Origin: Rhizophagus irregularis
Lineage: Eukaryota
NCBI RefSeq assembly: GCF_026210795.1
Contig: NC_089430.1
Coordinates: 310,001 to 374,000 of the forward strand
Length of the DNA stretch: 64,000 nucleotides
Direction of reading: 5' to 3'
The position numbers and the translations under genes are program-made. Numbering within the stretch: the stretch's first letter is position 1; each line of letters starts with the position of its first letter. This document shows, piece by piece, positions 37,420 to 51,470 of this stretch. The notes under the pieces were generated by a model. It was not told the DNA's origin. It ran no database searches and saw only the letters and a program-made list of their open reading frames with translations.

Positions 37420-38959
37420 TAATAATCATAAATAAGTACTGGGATCTTTGAAGAAGCTTATAAATAATACAATGTTTCTTGAAAATTGTAAGAATTGTAG
37501 TAAAAAAATATGATGATAAATTTTCTAAATGGTGCAAATCATGTCAAATGATTAATTTAAAAGAAAATTGGACTAATTATACTTAATTATAGTAGCGGAA
37601 ATGATGAAATTGACGATTTAATTCTGCTAAAGATGATTATTCTACAATATATTCAGCAATATGGAAGGGGTAATCCATTATATTATGATTTAAATGAAAA
37701 TATACATAAAAGGAGTCAAGTTAATAAGAAAGTCAATTTAAAATGTTTATAAAATTCACGTGAAATTGCCTATGAATTTTTAGATAATATATATAAATTA
37801 TTTATTTTCTAAACTTATTAAAAAGCGGGACAATAATTTTTTATTTGATTTTTATAGGTTAAATCATATTATTCAATTGATAAACAATGTTTACTTAAAA
37901 TATTATGGCCAGTTACAAAAAATTATATTGTGATTAATTGTGAAAAATATGGTAAACGATATACAAATTTAAGGAATAATTGGTGTAACCATGTCAAATA
38001 AATTTAAGGAAAAATTGCAATATAAGTGGAAATGAAAAATTGATAATTTGATTCAAGAGATACAATTAGAAACTAATTATTATTGTGACATAATAATTGA
38101 ATGGATACCATATGATCATTAAAGAAATAGGTAAAGGTGGGTTTTCTACAGTATGTGTACGTAAAAGGATCATAGTCTGAATACAAAAGATTTTATTATG
38201 CAAAGGTGGAGATTTTATAACTGGTTAACTAAAAACTATATTGAATTTAATTGGCATTCCAAAATAAAATTTTTACTAGATCTTGTTAAAGGCCTTACCG
38301 CCTTGATATTATTCATCAAAAAACAAATGGTTCATCATGATTTTCATATAGGATATATATTAGCAAAAATTACTGATTTAGAATCAGAAATTGAGTTTAC
38401 TTATTTCAGATATAAGGTTATGTAGAAAAGCTGATAATTTGGATAAAACAAAATTTTATGGAGTTATGCCTTATGTAACTCCTGAAATGTTAAGAGGAAA
38501 TCCTTACACTCAAGCTGCGGATATATATAATTTTGCTATTGTTTTGCCTGAAAAACAACCTTTTGGCAATTACACACATGATGAATATCTAGCACTAGAC
38601 ATATATCACGGAATTAGACCTGAAATAAATGAGCAAGAAGCGCCAAAATGTTACATTAACTTGATGAATAAGTGTTGGAATTCAAATCCAGATAATAAAC
38701 CAAATGTTATTGAATTAAAAGAATCATTTAATCTATTCAGAGATTCAACTGATAATTATCATATGGAAATGCGTTTGAGAGATGATGAAACAATTCAAAG
38801 AAGCAGAGGAAAATAGAAAACAAATCTATCATTTATTGAAAACATCAAGTCATCTACTCATCCACAAGCTATTTATACATCTTGGTTACTTAATCCTTTA
38901 TGGATAATCTTCCAAGATACAACAATGATGAGAGCAAATGTCTAAACTGTATAATCTAA
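37420..38959 (+). pseudogene. Degenerate TKL protein kinase with CxxC N-terminal repeats
   Basis: SGNDEIDDLI, IIEWIPY, EIGKGGFSTV, VHHDFHIG, YGVMPYVTPE, ADIY, CWNSNPDNKP and HPQAIYTS, with many frameshifts. Confidence 0.85.
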
Positions 38960-39757
38960 AATTAAAATTCATATGGTTCATTAATTAGAATGAGAGAAAT
39001 TTTTTATACTTTATTAATATTACCATTATTTAGTTTTTTTTAACATTGATATATGTAGTTATAAATTCCGACTAATAATTAAATATTATTTGTGGTATTA
39101 AATGGAATCTAGACTCCTTGAATATTAATAAATCACAATTTGTTTTCATTCTAACTGTTTTAACTTGTGAATTTAAATATTGAGTGAAGAAATGCGGTGT
39201 TTATGTAAAAGAAGTAATAACTACAGTAATAATCTATTGCAAAAATACTGTATTAGTACCATTACCATTCCTTTTATTCCTTATTTAAACAGTCAGCGAG
39301 TGGGTTTGTCTCTCCTACAAAGTTATTTATAGTACTGTTATAATCATTGTTATGTCAAAGAATCATAGTTATGAAATTGAAGTATTAAAAAAAGTGAACC
39401 AATATATTAAGGACAAAAAGATATGAAATCAAAGTAAAACATCAAAAGATACGAAAGACTAAAGCATAAATAAAAGCAAAAATAAAAACAAAAGCCAACC
39501 ATTAAAAGATGCGAGCCAGAGTATAAAAGAAAACAAAGCCCAAAACCATCCCTATAAAAATTTTATTCGTTATTTCTGTAAGTAAATAATTCAAAATTCC
39601 ATGATATAAGGTTATTAATTCTGGAAATATTAGCCTTTTATGGAAATCAATGATGTCATAATCATGGCGTAGTACTTAGAAATCAATAAAGCGTGTAAAG
39701 TTCGTGTTTAAGATCTTCTATACGCGTTAATTTTTCACCTTTTGATAAAAGATAAAC

Positions 39758-42545
39758 ATGGTCAAATATCAAGGTTATTCTGGTGAGTCTTGCAAATAGC
39801 ACTTTAACACAGTAAAAAATTTTTCAGCTTATAACTGAGATTTTAATTCTAGCGCTCATCTCTTATTTGAGAAGTCAAGCAAAATGGTCATTTCGTGGAT
39901 TCCTGGTTCTTTATCGTGAAGTTATTGTTTCCTCATCCTTCTTCAAAAGACTGGCGTGAACTGAACAAAACCTGGGTTGACCGATTCTTAGGAGCTGCAA
40001 AAAAGTTATCAGATAAAAAAATTTTTGCAGATTTAACAGAAAAGGTGCGTTTCTTATATTGCAATGGAAGGGTAACTCCTAGTTTACGCTTATTTTGAGT
40101 TACCAGAGTTTTGCTCAGAAGAATAATTGTATTTTGAATTACTGGCGTTTTGCTAGGAGAATTACTGTATTTGACAGCTTGGTAACCACTCCAAGTCCTC
40201 AATATGGGCGCCCTAACTTTGTTGTTAATAAAGATCTATTGATTCTGGATGAGGAATCAATTACTCTTTCCTTTATTATTACTAGATAAAAAATTGCACT
40301 GCTAAAATTATTACTTTCACAACAGGTAAAATCAGAAAGTAAAGGGCATCGGTTAAAGCCATATTGGAAGGGAGTGATCACAGAGAATAAGACGGTAAGT
40401 AATATATAAAATTTTTTGCATAACTTACTAGACTAAACCTACTTACTATTATAGGAATTCAAAAAGAGGAAACAAGAAAATAAAGAAAACATTGGTAATA
40501 AATTTAGTCAATACAACATATATTTTCTTTTTTTGTCTTTATTGTTAATATCCCAAATCTTAATTATATCACTAATTTAGATTCTGAGGGAAGAAGAAAA
40601 TCTACGAAAAGATGTAAGAATGTATAATATAATATTTTTATTATTAAGGTCTCTGGCAGTACCCATTCTTACAATATTTAATAGTACCATATCCTAGTAT
40701 CAGAAGTTGGGCAACCAACGGAATTATCAGTCCAGATCAAAGAGATAAGTACTACTACGCAGATCCAGCTAAAACAAATACAGAATTGCTGAATTCCATA
40801 TTAGAGGGCAAGTTTGTGGCACTTCACGGCCCACGGTCATCCGGTAAAACAACACGAGTGTATCGAATTATGCAGCAGTTGACGGAGCATCATGACTGTT
40901 GCTGTTTCTAGTAAATATTCTCTCAATAATTAATAACGTACAACTGTTGACATATGCTGATTGTTTTCTTTCTACAGCTTCACCCTGCAAAATGTCAATA
41001 TGGACACTAATGAAAAATGCTTCTGGCTTGATATAGGGAGAAGCCTACAAATATGTAATGATTCTTTTTTTAACCGTTTAGATACTATCGAGTCTGGAAG
41101 CGATTTTGCTGTTGCATTCAATGAGTGGAAGTCTGTTGTTATCTTCATAGACGAGTTTGACAGATTGTACGGCACAATTGACAAGGTTCATGATGAATTC
41201 CTTGGTTGCTTCCGTACCATTAAACATGCCATGAGCATGAATGTGAATTATCCTATCCTTTCAGTAATCATTGTTGGTACTTTTGGAATCCTTGAGCTGA
41301 ATTCAAGTAATACTTATGATTCACCATTTAATGTTCGGGACCCTTTTCAGAATCCTAATTTATCCGAAGAGCAGGTGCAAAGACTTTTTGAAGAATTTGG
41401 ATCGGAACATAAACTTAATGTGGAATCTAAAGTCATTGAAGACATATACTTGCAGACAAACGGGTATGTTTCATAGAGCAATTTTAAATAATTAAAATCT
41501 TATAAATCATCCTATGTTTTATTTTAATAGGCATGCTAGTATGGTATGTCTTTGCGGAAATTTAATTGAAAAGATTAAATTACCAGATAATGATGATAAT
41601 TTTAGTTTCGCATCCTGGAAAAATTTGTTATTCACGTCATTGAATAAAAACATTTATGGTTATGTTGTCTTTGAGAGGATGTTAACAGATCTGCTTAAAG
41701 AGGAATCAAGGCCTACTGTAGACCTTTTACGATTGCAATTTTTGCCAAACTTAGGTCCAGTGACCATCACAAGATCCAAAGATTTGATCCATGCACATAA
41801 CCTTGTCAGACAAGGAATTTTGATAGTTGTAGAGGATCAAATCAACACTTTCATGGTGGCCTCGCCACTTATACGTTCTGTGATTTTACGTTATGTACTG
41901 CCTGATATCTTCAAGTTTTGTCCATCAACAGAAATACCAAAACGCACAGATCACAACATAGATATGCTTAGAGCTCTAAGTGATGCCGTTCGTGTTTTTG
42001 ATAAAGAAAACATAGAATTGGCAGCTTTGCATTCGTATAAAACAGCACAAGTGCCTGTTGGGGGATGTTCTAATGTATTGGTTCCTCGAGAAAGTGTATA
42101 CCAACAGCAGCTTGCTGGCACTTTCACAAATTGGATATCATCAATAGGGTTCGAAGTTATGAGTCAATACCATATTATAAAAAGAAAAAAACACTCTTAT
42201 AGTGACTTGGTGATAACGGCACCTTCAAGTTGGCCTGGAAAACCAACAGTAATACTTGAACTCCTTGCAACTTCAACTCAAAAGGAATTGGATGAACATT
42301 TTGAACGAACTCTGAAATATTCCCAATTACTTAAGAGGAGTCTCTGTATTCGTGACATTTGGACGGTACATTTCACATGCGAAGATGAACCAAACCATCA
42401 TTGGCCAACTAAAGAACAGCGAAAAAAAGGGTTGAATGCTATAATGTTTTGGCATAATCGTGATTTCACAAGTGTTTATATGAGTGCTTGTTATAACGAT
42501 GAAAATGGCAATATGATAGATATTACAAAGGAATATATTATGTGA
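39758..42545 (+). CDS. Crinkler-type P-loop NTPase fused to a C-terminal restriction-endonuclease-fold domain; multi-exon, with an apparent 1-nt frameshift near 39935
   Basis: Walker A GPRSSGKT (~40828), Walker B VVIFIDEFD, SPFNV, and a C-terminal E..Y..Q...SDLVI...ILELLAT. The N-terminus MVKYQ/ALISYLRSQAKWSFRGFL is out of frame with SSKDWRELNKTW. Confidence 0.75.
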
Positions 42546-43699
42546 TAGGAAATAGAAAATGTGAAATTAGGTTTATAATCATTACAATGGTAGGTGATAT
42601 AGTATTTATTTTAGGCTAATATAATGCCTTTATTATCCAAATTATATCTAAGTTTAGCTAAAAGATCAGAGTTATAATTTTGATTCTAACATTGATACGC
42701 TCTTGTAGATTTCAAGACTCTAATATGCCTATGGATGTGATAATAAGAAATATTCGGTGAGAAAAATAATCATAAAAATATTTCACAACTTCATTTCTTC
42801 CAACAAAGACGAATCTGAAACTTGTTGGATGCCAAAGTGCAGGAGAACATTGCATAAGTATGGCACCTTTTGTTGCACACGTTAATTAACATCATCTTTT
42901 ATTTTCTATTATTTTTGCTATCAAATCTATTAGAAGCTTTTACAAGAATATTTTCAAACGGTATCAGTCATTACATACAGGAACATATTGATATTATGGG
43001 GTAAAACTATCAGAAAATTATTGCCGAAGCTCTTCGAAAAAAATGTTTCGTCTCTTTCAGAGGACCGCAGCAAAGACTCGCAGTCACGTGATCTGGAAGA
43101 AAAAAGGAGCAAAGAAAGAACAAATATCAGATGGTACCAGCGCTCTACACACCAAAGTTTCTATACGGGAAATTCAGATTTCAAGTAACACTTTACCCAC
43201 TTTAGATATATTCAATAAAATAAAGAAATTTCCCCAGATTAATACTTAACCGTTTGCTTTGCCACTTGGCGGAAGAAACTAATCAACACATATAGCGTTG
43301 CTCCAATTTAAAAGATGCAATTTAATCAGTTTTTGCACGCCTAGCACAACTTCTGGCAATGTTGGTCCAACTAAATGGTTTTACTGCTCATTTGTGTCCA
43401 TGACACAATTAAATATTCTCCTACTTTTAATTGGGCTTTTACCAACAAACCAATATCTACCGAGGCTTTATTACTACTCCGATCTTATGTCATGATCTAA
43501 CTAAAATCTTAAAGCACATATTTCATCACGCAAACAAATTATTATCACTCTATTTAAATGTTTAGAATCCTCATGTTTGGAATGTAAATTTGGAAACAAT
43601 GTTCCTTACAATGGAAAAAACAATTTATTGATTACCGTTAAAAATCACAACACGCAGAAATTTTACGAATAGATACCAACGCATCACTATCCTTGACTC

Positions 43700-44605
43700 A
43701 ACAAACAGGTAATCGATCACGCATCAAGACTTTTTGAATATTGTAGCCCTCAACATGGCTTTAGGAATTATAAAAATCAAGTTGGCCTGCTCTTTATTTT
43801 ATTTCATCCTCCAATTTTTTACATCGGCTAATTTGATAGTGTTTTGATGAACCAATACATTGCCGGAGTGCTATTCAAAAAGAATATGTATATATATTAA
43901 ATTTATGGAATACGTCATAATTTCTTAAATTTATTTGAAGTAAAATATTACCAAATCGTGGTGTACTATTCCCTCGCTATGTAAGCATAATACAGCAGAA
44001 GCTAACTGATACGCCAAGTTATATTTATCATTCCAAGTAAGATTATGGAAGTTTTTCTTCAAATAATTTCTAAGAGAACCACCATCGGCATATTCCATTA
44101 CTAACATGTAATTTTTTAATTGACCGTTATGATTTTCGAATAATTAATTACAACTGAAAGTCTTACAATGTCCAATTCTAAATATTATTAATAGTATATA
44201 TATCATACCTGGTCCGAACTTTGTAATTCCATAGAAACTAATAATATTATTGTGAAATTGTATTAAAAGTTGGAGTTTAATCTAAATTTCAAAAATATAA
44301 ATTATTTAATAGAAAAGTAAATATATAAAAATAACATCCATTACGTTCATATAGTATTACCTCATTGACAATTTCTTTAAAGTGACATCATTTAAATTAA
44401 AGAAAGATTTCAAAGCTAAATATTGACCTAGATTTTTCCATTTTGCACGATAAACTTTTCCAAAAGCGCCAGAACCAATTTCTTGTATATTACTAAAATG
44501 TTTATATTCATAATATTTAAAATATTCTTTATCAATAGCATCATCAATCCATTTGACCTATTCGCTTGTACTTTCTGCACCTTGAATTTCGATATATTGA
44601 GACAT
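43700..44605 (-). pseudogene. Degenerate TKL protein kinase
   Basis: MSQYIEIQGAESTSE*VKWIDDAI..EIGSGAFGKVYRAKW..LALKSFF, then LVMEYADGGSLRNYL and KLADV. Contains an in-frame stop and deletions. Confidence 0.85.
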
Positions 44606-46499
44606 AGTAAAATAATAAAGTATAATAAATATTAATAAAGATTATTAAAAAAAACAAGAATATAATCCTATTATTCCTATTTATATTTGTAATTGTATAA
44701 TTGTATTATTGTTACACTACATACAATACTTTAATGATCATTGTGCCATTAACAAAGAAAAAGGAAAGATTTTCGAGATTAAAGATTGTATTTGATTTAT
44801 GGTTTGCTGATGACTTCTAAATTTATCCATTTTTTCGTGAGAATTAAATCAGGGCTTTTTAAATGCATAAAGCTTATGTTTCTCTGACGTCATTAGATCG
44901 TAATACAAAAATTGTTGAATTTTTTTTTTTTTGTAAATTCGAAGAAATACAATTTTTATTACATGTAAATTAGCTGATGCAATATTTAGTATTTAAAGTT
45001 AATAAACATATATAAATTCATATTTTATTTTTTGTTATTGATTAAATTTTCTTGAATATCAGCATTGTTTATTTAAATTTTATAGGAAGGATATAATATT
45101 ATTTTTAAATGACTGGAAATGGTTTATCCTCGGAAACTTTTTTGTGTGCTGCGCATGTTTATTGTTAGCACATTGGTTAAATTAAATCATATGGAACTAC
45201 TCAAATATCAGAATTCATTAAGTTACTTTTAATGTTTGTGCATTTTTAACTTTTGTTAGATAAAATAGGTCGTGTGAGATTAATTTGTTCGACAACTTAG
45301 CCGGATTTCAACTTTACAATGATTTCTTGGATATTTAATTTGTGGAACAACGATGAAATTACTGTACCATTTCATAGTGCAAAATGTTTATCGTAAATAT
45401 GTGTATATTTTCTTTATTATTGCTCATTTACAAAGACTACTCATTGTTAACTATATAATAAAGCTATCAATAACATATAATGTCATTTTACGGATGCAAA
45501 TATCATGTCATTAAATGTGAAAGTAAAATCAATTTATTATTTAAGATCTTTATTGGATGATCGTCTAGTAAAGATTTTATTTATTTCTTTAAATGTATTT
45601 TTAAAATTGCGAATAAAATATGAGAGTATCTTAACTGATTCTCTTTTAATTGTATTGTACATCAAAATATAAATATACTCTATTATTATTGCAAACACCG
45701 TATTTATTTTACTCTCTCTCTCTTCTTTACGAGTAAAAATGTAAAATGTTTTAATTAAAAGGGTAACTTTTACATTTGAATTTTCGGAATTTTTATCTGT
45801 AAGCTTGCAAGAAAATTAATTCTGAAATATGGATTCTCATTTCAAAACTATTCACTTCAAAAGAATCATATAAACATTTCTATCAATTATTTTTCTTGTA
45901 TAAATTAAACAGCAATCACACATTCCCAATATTGCGTATATAAAAAAAAATAATTTCAGGTGAATAATCATGATAAGTGAACTTGTTAAAATATACAACT
46001 TAATATGTTTTTTTGGTATACAAAACTTTATATCACTCAAAAAGAGAAATGATAAAGAGCACAAAGTAGGAGCAATTAGATTATTAGAATTCCATAATAA
46101 AAATAATTTTTTTTTTTTTTGCCTTCCGCTACACCAATGTTGGTAGGCATCATACGTAGCGTGATCAAAATTGGTTTTCCCATGCAGAATAAATTATAAG
46201 TAATGAAAAAGAAAAGCTTTATGTCTCTAGAACTTTTGTTGAAATTTTTGTTAACTATGAATGGTCATACAGATTGGTCATGATGTAATGAGCTCAACTG
46301 ATATATGATCCAGCAATATTTATCAAAAATGATTTTAAAGTTTTATTAGAGTAGTATACATTGAAACACCAGTGTCTCGTTTTGCACTTACGCGTCCAAA
46401 TCCTAGTCTACAAGTGCACTGAATTGTGGTAACTCTTTATGATGAGCACTTTTAATAGATTTCTCTCATTGAAACACTATCTGCTATTGAAACAAATCA

Positions 46500-47610
46500 A
46501 TATCTTTAATCTTTGAAAGTTGGCAAGCCATATTCCTGGTTTAAAAAATTCTAATGAAGATAACACATCATCAATGTTATTGATTGCATCAAAAATTATA
46601 CTTTGCAAATCATTATCTGTCACCCAGCAAATCTAATTAAATTTAGTGAATTGAAATAAAAAATGGATAGCTCTAACTCCGTTGTAAGAATCTTCAAATA
46701 CTAAACAATTTTTTACTGGTGGAGAGTCGATTTTTTCCATGCAGATAAGAACAAATTTGGTTATGGTTAACCAAAGTAAATATTATCACCATTTCCACAC
46801 GTTATATTATCACCAAACAATTTAAAAAATCAATATTATCTCTTATTTTAATATTATTATACAATTCTTTTGAGGAACTTGTAAAAATCTAAAAATTAAC
46901 ATATTTGATGCTATTCAATATATTCAATAGTAATTCAATTAGTATATTTTAAAAAATAAAAATTACCGCAATAGGAACTTCGTATTTGTTTAAATGAGTA
47001 ATTAATTTCTTAAAATAGAAAAGATTGATTATTTAACGAAACGATTAAGTAAAATATTAAAAATATGCACTATATTTTACCAATGCACCCGGTAATCTTT
47101 CTACTTTATTTTGTTGAAATAAATGAATCTAATGAAAATCCAAGTTAATATTCTATAATTATGTAATACAGTAAATAATTTACTTAAGTTTAATTTAGTT
47201 CTTTCTGAAATCGGTTCATCGATATTTAAATTTATTCCACACTTTTTTATTATAAGTTTCGCAGACTAATTATTAAAATATAAAAATTAATTAAATAATT
47301 AAATAATTAAATAAATATTAAAATTAAGATATTACGACAAAGCTATTGAGTCCTAATAAACTAGACTTTAAACTTGGCGTTAATTTCTTCACATGTTTAT
47401 CTAGTATCATTGCTAAAAATAATTAAATGTTGATTCAGAATAAATAGGTTCGGTATTCTATTGATAATTTATGAATTTTAATAATTTAATGTTAATGTAC
47501 AGTACAGTAACTATTCAATTATCAAAAAATACAATTACTTACAATTAATAATCCTCATTGGAAAGTAATGATTAATAGCGAATAAATATATAATTATTTA
47601 GAAAAAGTTA
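46500..47610 (-). pseudogene. HAD-superfamily hydrolase (HDHD1/pseudouridine-5'-phosphatase-like) pseudogene
   Basis: Exon fragments LPGAL, KKLITHLNKYEVPIA, FTSSSKE, ITCGNGD, PNLFLSA..SPPVKNCLVFEDSYNGVRA, ICWVTD and LSSLEFFKP, with frameshifts. Confidence 0.7.
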
Positions 47611-47645
47611 CCATTTTTTACCATCAAAATTACGTCTTACTGTAA

Positions 47646-47798
47646 GGGCAGTGACATTTATTACGTAATATTTTAGGGGTGGGAGGGTATTTAAAGGTCA
47701 TATAACATATAAGTGTAACGTAAGATTTTTCATATTACATAGGATGGGGGAGTATGGGCTTATAGTAAATGGATATTACGTAATAAATGTCATTGCCC
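47646..47798. mobile_element. PIF/Harbinger (Tourist-like) MITE
   Basis: 25-bp TIR GGGCA(G/A)TGACATTTATTACGTAATA flanked by a TAA TSD on both sides. Confidence 0.9.
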
Positions 47799-48658
47799 TA
47801 ATGAAAATCGTTACATCATTTTGACAATGCTAAGATTATTTTTATTAATACCGCGGCTTTTTAATAATTAAGTATTAATAAAGTTTAATAATCGTAATAA
47901 AATATTGTATACCTTGTATTTACAATAAAACAATCAAAATTGTATTAAAATGAATAAATAATACGAATAAATAATACGTTTACTGTATATGAGAATATCA
48001 ATTGTAACGTGATATTTTAATTTTTTCTTTATTATCATTAGTAACTGAACCTGAATACCTTCGTATTTACATGACTGATTAACTACCAATTGCACTATTA
48101 AATTTTAATAAAGTAAGTACATTTTATGGACAATATTTAAATTATATCGGCGAGTACGCAAATGTATTTTAATATAAAGCGATATTTAAAATTATTAGTA
48201 ATAAGTTGAATGATTCTTTGATGTGCTTATTAATCAATTTGCTTAAGAAAATGTAGAAAACTAAAAATGAAATTACATTACAGTTACAATAGAATGCAAT
48301 ATTGTAAATGTAAAGGAATCATACAGACATTGTACTAAGTTTGAGATGTTTAATGAGTTATATAAAACAATATTGGAGACCCATAAGCGCTATATAACCT
48401 AAAAAAAAAAAATAAAGATTGCGTGAAAGAATTATAAAATTCCTACGATAATACAATAATTAATAAATCACAATAGATGTGCATTCTATTGAATTCATTT
48501 CCTTTAAATTCATGACTATTTTCTGGTAAAATACTAGAAATTGTATATTTTTCTCAATTATAATTTTATAAGCAGTAATAATTTATTTGAATTTTACTTG
48601 TCTATAAATATCATGCAATATGGAAACTTTTGTCAAAAAAAACAAAGAGTATTTACAT

Positions 48659-50783
48659 TTATTTATGTAAAATCTTAATATTATATCGACAATCTCTACA
48701 AATCCATTCTCTTAATTGATAGTCAAAGTCAAAAACTCTATCATTCTGTTCAAAAAAGTTACACCAACACTTAAATAAATCCTTTGGTGGTAAACAATCA
48801 TCTAAATAGAAAATAAATAGTTAATTAATTAAAAATATTTAATATAAATATTCAAAATATAATACCTTTTATGATAAATTTACAATCTTTACAATTCCAC
48901 CCTTTGATATTATTGTTATAAACAAAAATTCTTTCATTAGCATAATTATTGCAGAGACACATCACTTCTGTTGATGAACAATGAACTTAAATAAATTAAA
49001 TATAATAGATAATTAATACTTATAGAGTACTAATGCTAATAACTAACGCTAATAAAAAATAAACTTATATATTACCTTTTCTTGATATATTATAATTTTG
49101 AAATTTTTCTAATGACGATTTGATATCTGAATGACTAATTTCCTATTATGATAAAAATAAAATAAAATAAATTTTTATAATAAAATAAATTAGAATTTCA
49201 AAATTAAACATAGCTTACACTTTTAGGGTCAGCTAATTTTCTATCTTTATAGATATGACGTCCATATCTTTTATAACCATATTTATTATTTTTACATTTA
49301 TAATTTCCACATTTAAAACAGAAAGTAGAATGTATTATAGGGCGGCAATTACATGAATTATAATTGCAACATAAACACCATGTTGACTTCTGAATCACTA
49401 TTAATTAATGTTAATGGTTAAATAACTTAGAATAAAACAAAATACGATTACAAAGTGAGTTTACTTGCCTTCTTGAAAATAAGTGAGGGTAATTCTCGAA
49501 TGAACTTAATAACAATTATATTAAGAAGTTAACAATATTGAATTTATAGTCAAACCAACAAACCAATAATATGTACTTACTTGTCATAACATTCAATTCA
49601 GCATTTGGTGATTCATGTGGCGCTTGATCCATTGTTGTGTCATTCAATTCAGCATTTGGTGATTCATGTGGTGCTTGATCCATTGTTGTGTCATTCAATT
49701 CAGTGGTTGACAATACATGTAGCATCGCATTACTACTCCATAATGATAAATTATGTGCCTTAACATTGGATAATTCTCGGTGTAAATCAGAGTTAATATT
49801 AATATTTTCAGGGTTCACTAATAATTGGTCAAAACGTAAAACATATCAAAGTCAATAATAAGAGTCAACTAAAGACATTATGATTAAGAATATTGTTACC
49901 TTCTTCAACTTCGGAGCCTTTATTAATATTTTCGAATGTTGTTGATTGATCTAAAAATACAAAAAAAAAATAAGATCAGCCCTAGTAAAATCTACGAGTG
50001 GCTCATTGCAGACAGGAGACTTCTCCTATAAGCACGCACTCTGCTAAACTTTATATCTATGAGTGGCTCATTGCAATCAGGAGATTTCTCCTATAAGCAC
50101 GCACTCTGCTAAATTTAATATCTATGAGTGGCTCATTGCAGACAGGAGATTTCTCCTATAAGCACGCACTCTGCTAAACTTTATATCTATGAGTGGCTCA
50201 TTGCAATCAGGAGATTTCTCCTATAAGCACGCACTCTGCTAAACTTTATATCTATGAGTGGCTCATTGCAATCAGGAGACTTCTCCTATAAGCACGCACT
50301 CTGCTAAACTTTATATCTATGAGTGGCTCATTGCAATCAGGAGATTTCTCCTATTAGCACGCACACGGATTGAGTAAGCAAGTTACAACAGACAGGAGAA
50401 TATCACCCTACTAGCTCGTACTTACCATCTTTATCATCTTTATCTTCATTCTGCAAATCATCTATATAATGATAATTGCATCAAAGGTTACTATAGACAC
50501 ATGAACATTTTATCTTGAAAAACAAAATTAAAAAATACATGCCAGTTTGCTCGTACTGCTCAGTAAACTTATATACAATTAGTTTGTTTTGCTTTTGTTT
50601 ATTGTACTTTATAAGCCTATTAATATCATTCTGCTGTTTATTTTTGGATCTCTTTCTTTTCTTCTTTTTAATTATTGAAGTTCCGTCCCTCCTCTCCCTT
50701 CTTTCTATATTCTGGTTTCTATCAAACGCCCGTCGTGCACTATTTCTCTGTTTTTTTTTCGAGTCAGTTTGTTTATTTATCAT
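48659..50783 (-). CDS. Hypothetical 369-aa protein with a basic N-terminus, acidic linker and Cys-rich C-terminal modules. Exons 50783-50543, 50461-50426, 49950-49900, 49817-49581, 49504-49469, 49397-49219, 49142-49076, 48985-48866, 48801-48659
   Basis: The nine exons total 1110 nt and splice without stops. Introns 1 and 5 use GC donors (GCATGT, GCAAGT); the rest are GT-AG. Confidence 0.75.
49990..50364. repeat. 65-bp tandem repeat x~6 inside intron 2 of the Cys-rich gene
   Basis: Unit starts TCTA(T/C)GAGTGGCTCATTGC at 49991, 50056, 50121, 50186, 50251 and 50316; internal hairpin AGGAGA-TT-TCTCCT. Confidence 0.95.
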
Positions 50784-50954
50784 CTTAACAACAGTACTTT
50801 TAAGATAGAAAGGCAAACACAACACAGTACCAGAGAAGTAGAGATAAGATCGATAAGATCACTCTAAAAATTCAAATCACTCAGATAATAAACAACGCGA
50901 ACGTGAACATCACGTGAGATAGTGACGCTGTTTTTAGATTTTTTTATATCTATT

Positions 50955-51470
50955 TTTTTTTTTTTTTTTGTTAGTAACTTGCATTTTTTTTATTTATCTT
51001 ATTGCATTATACAATTTACAATATAAAAGTAATACATAGTAAAGAATACTATCCAAATTATTTATGGATGTATTAATAAAAATATTAATACTGAAACTAT
51101 ATTAATAATATATACTACTAAAAAATAAAAATTCTAACCATCACAAATTACACAAATCTGGTCTATAAACGTATTCCCACGTATCTTGATAAGGTCTATT
51201 AATAATTCAACTGTTACTAACTATATTTTCTACAATAATTTCTTTTTAATTCTTTTTGCATTATATTATTGATGTTTTTGCACTTTTTTTAAGGTATTTT
51301 TTTTTTCTTCACTACCATCTTCCAATGATATTTCCGTTGACACGTCCAACTGATCTTCACGTTTTCGTTTTTTGTCAACCATGGTGACGCCTTTACCTTT
51401 TTCTATTTCACTAATTTTATTACATCTATATCCGTTCTTATATTTAAAAGCGATTTTCCCAAATTTCTTC
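50955..51470 (-). mobile_element. 5'-truncated LINE 3' remnant
   Basis: Minus-strand YRCNKISEIEKGKGVTMVDKKRKRE resembles the LINE ORF2 tail at ~9110. It is followed by a UTR-like stretch and a poly(A) (T run at ~50955-50969). Confidence 0.4.

Noticed and set aside
49990..50364. CRISPR-like array
   Set aside because: Units are full 65-bp head-to-tail repeats with no unique spacers, there are no cas genes, and the context is a eukaryotic intron.
50461..50470. TCTATATAAT as another Helitron 5' end
   Set aside because: It coincides with the minus-strand splice acceptor of exon 2 of the Cys-rich gene and lacks the downstream Helitron sequence.
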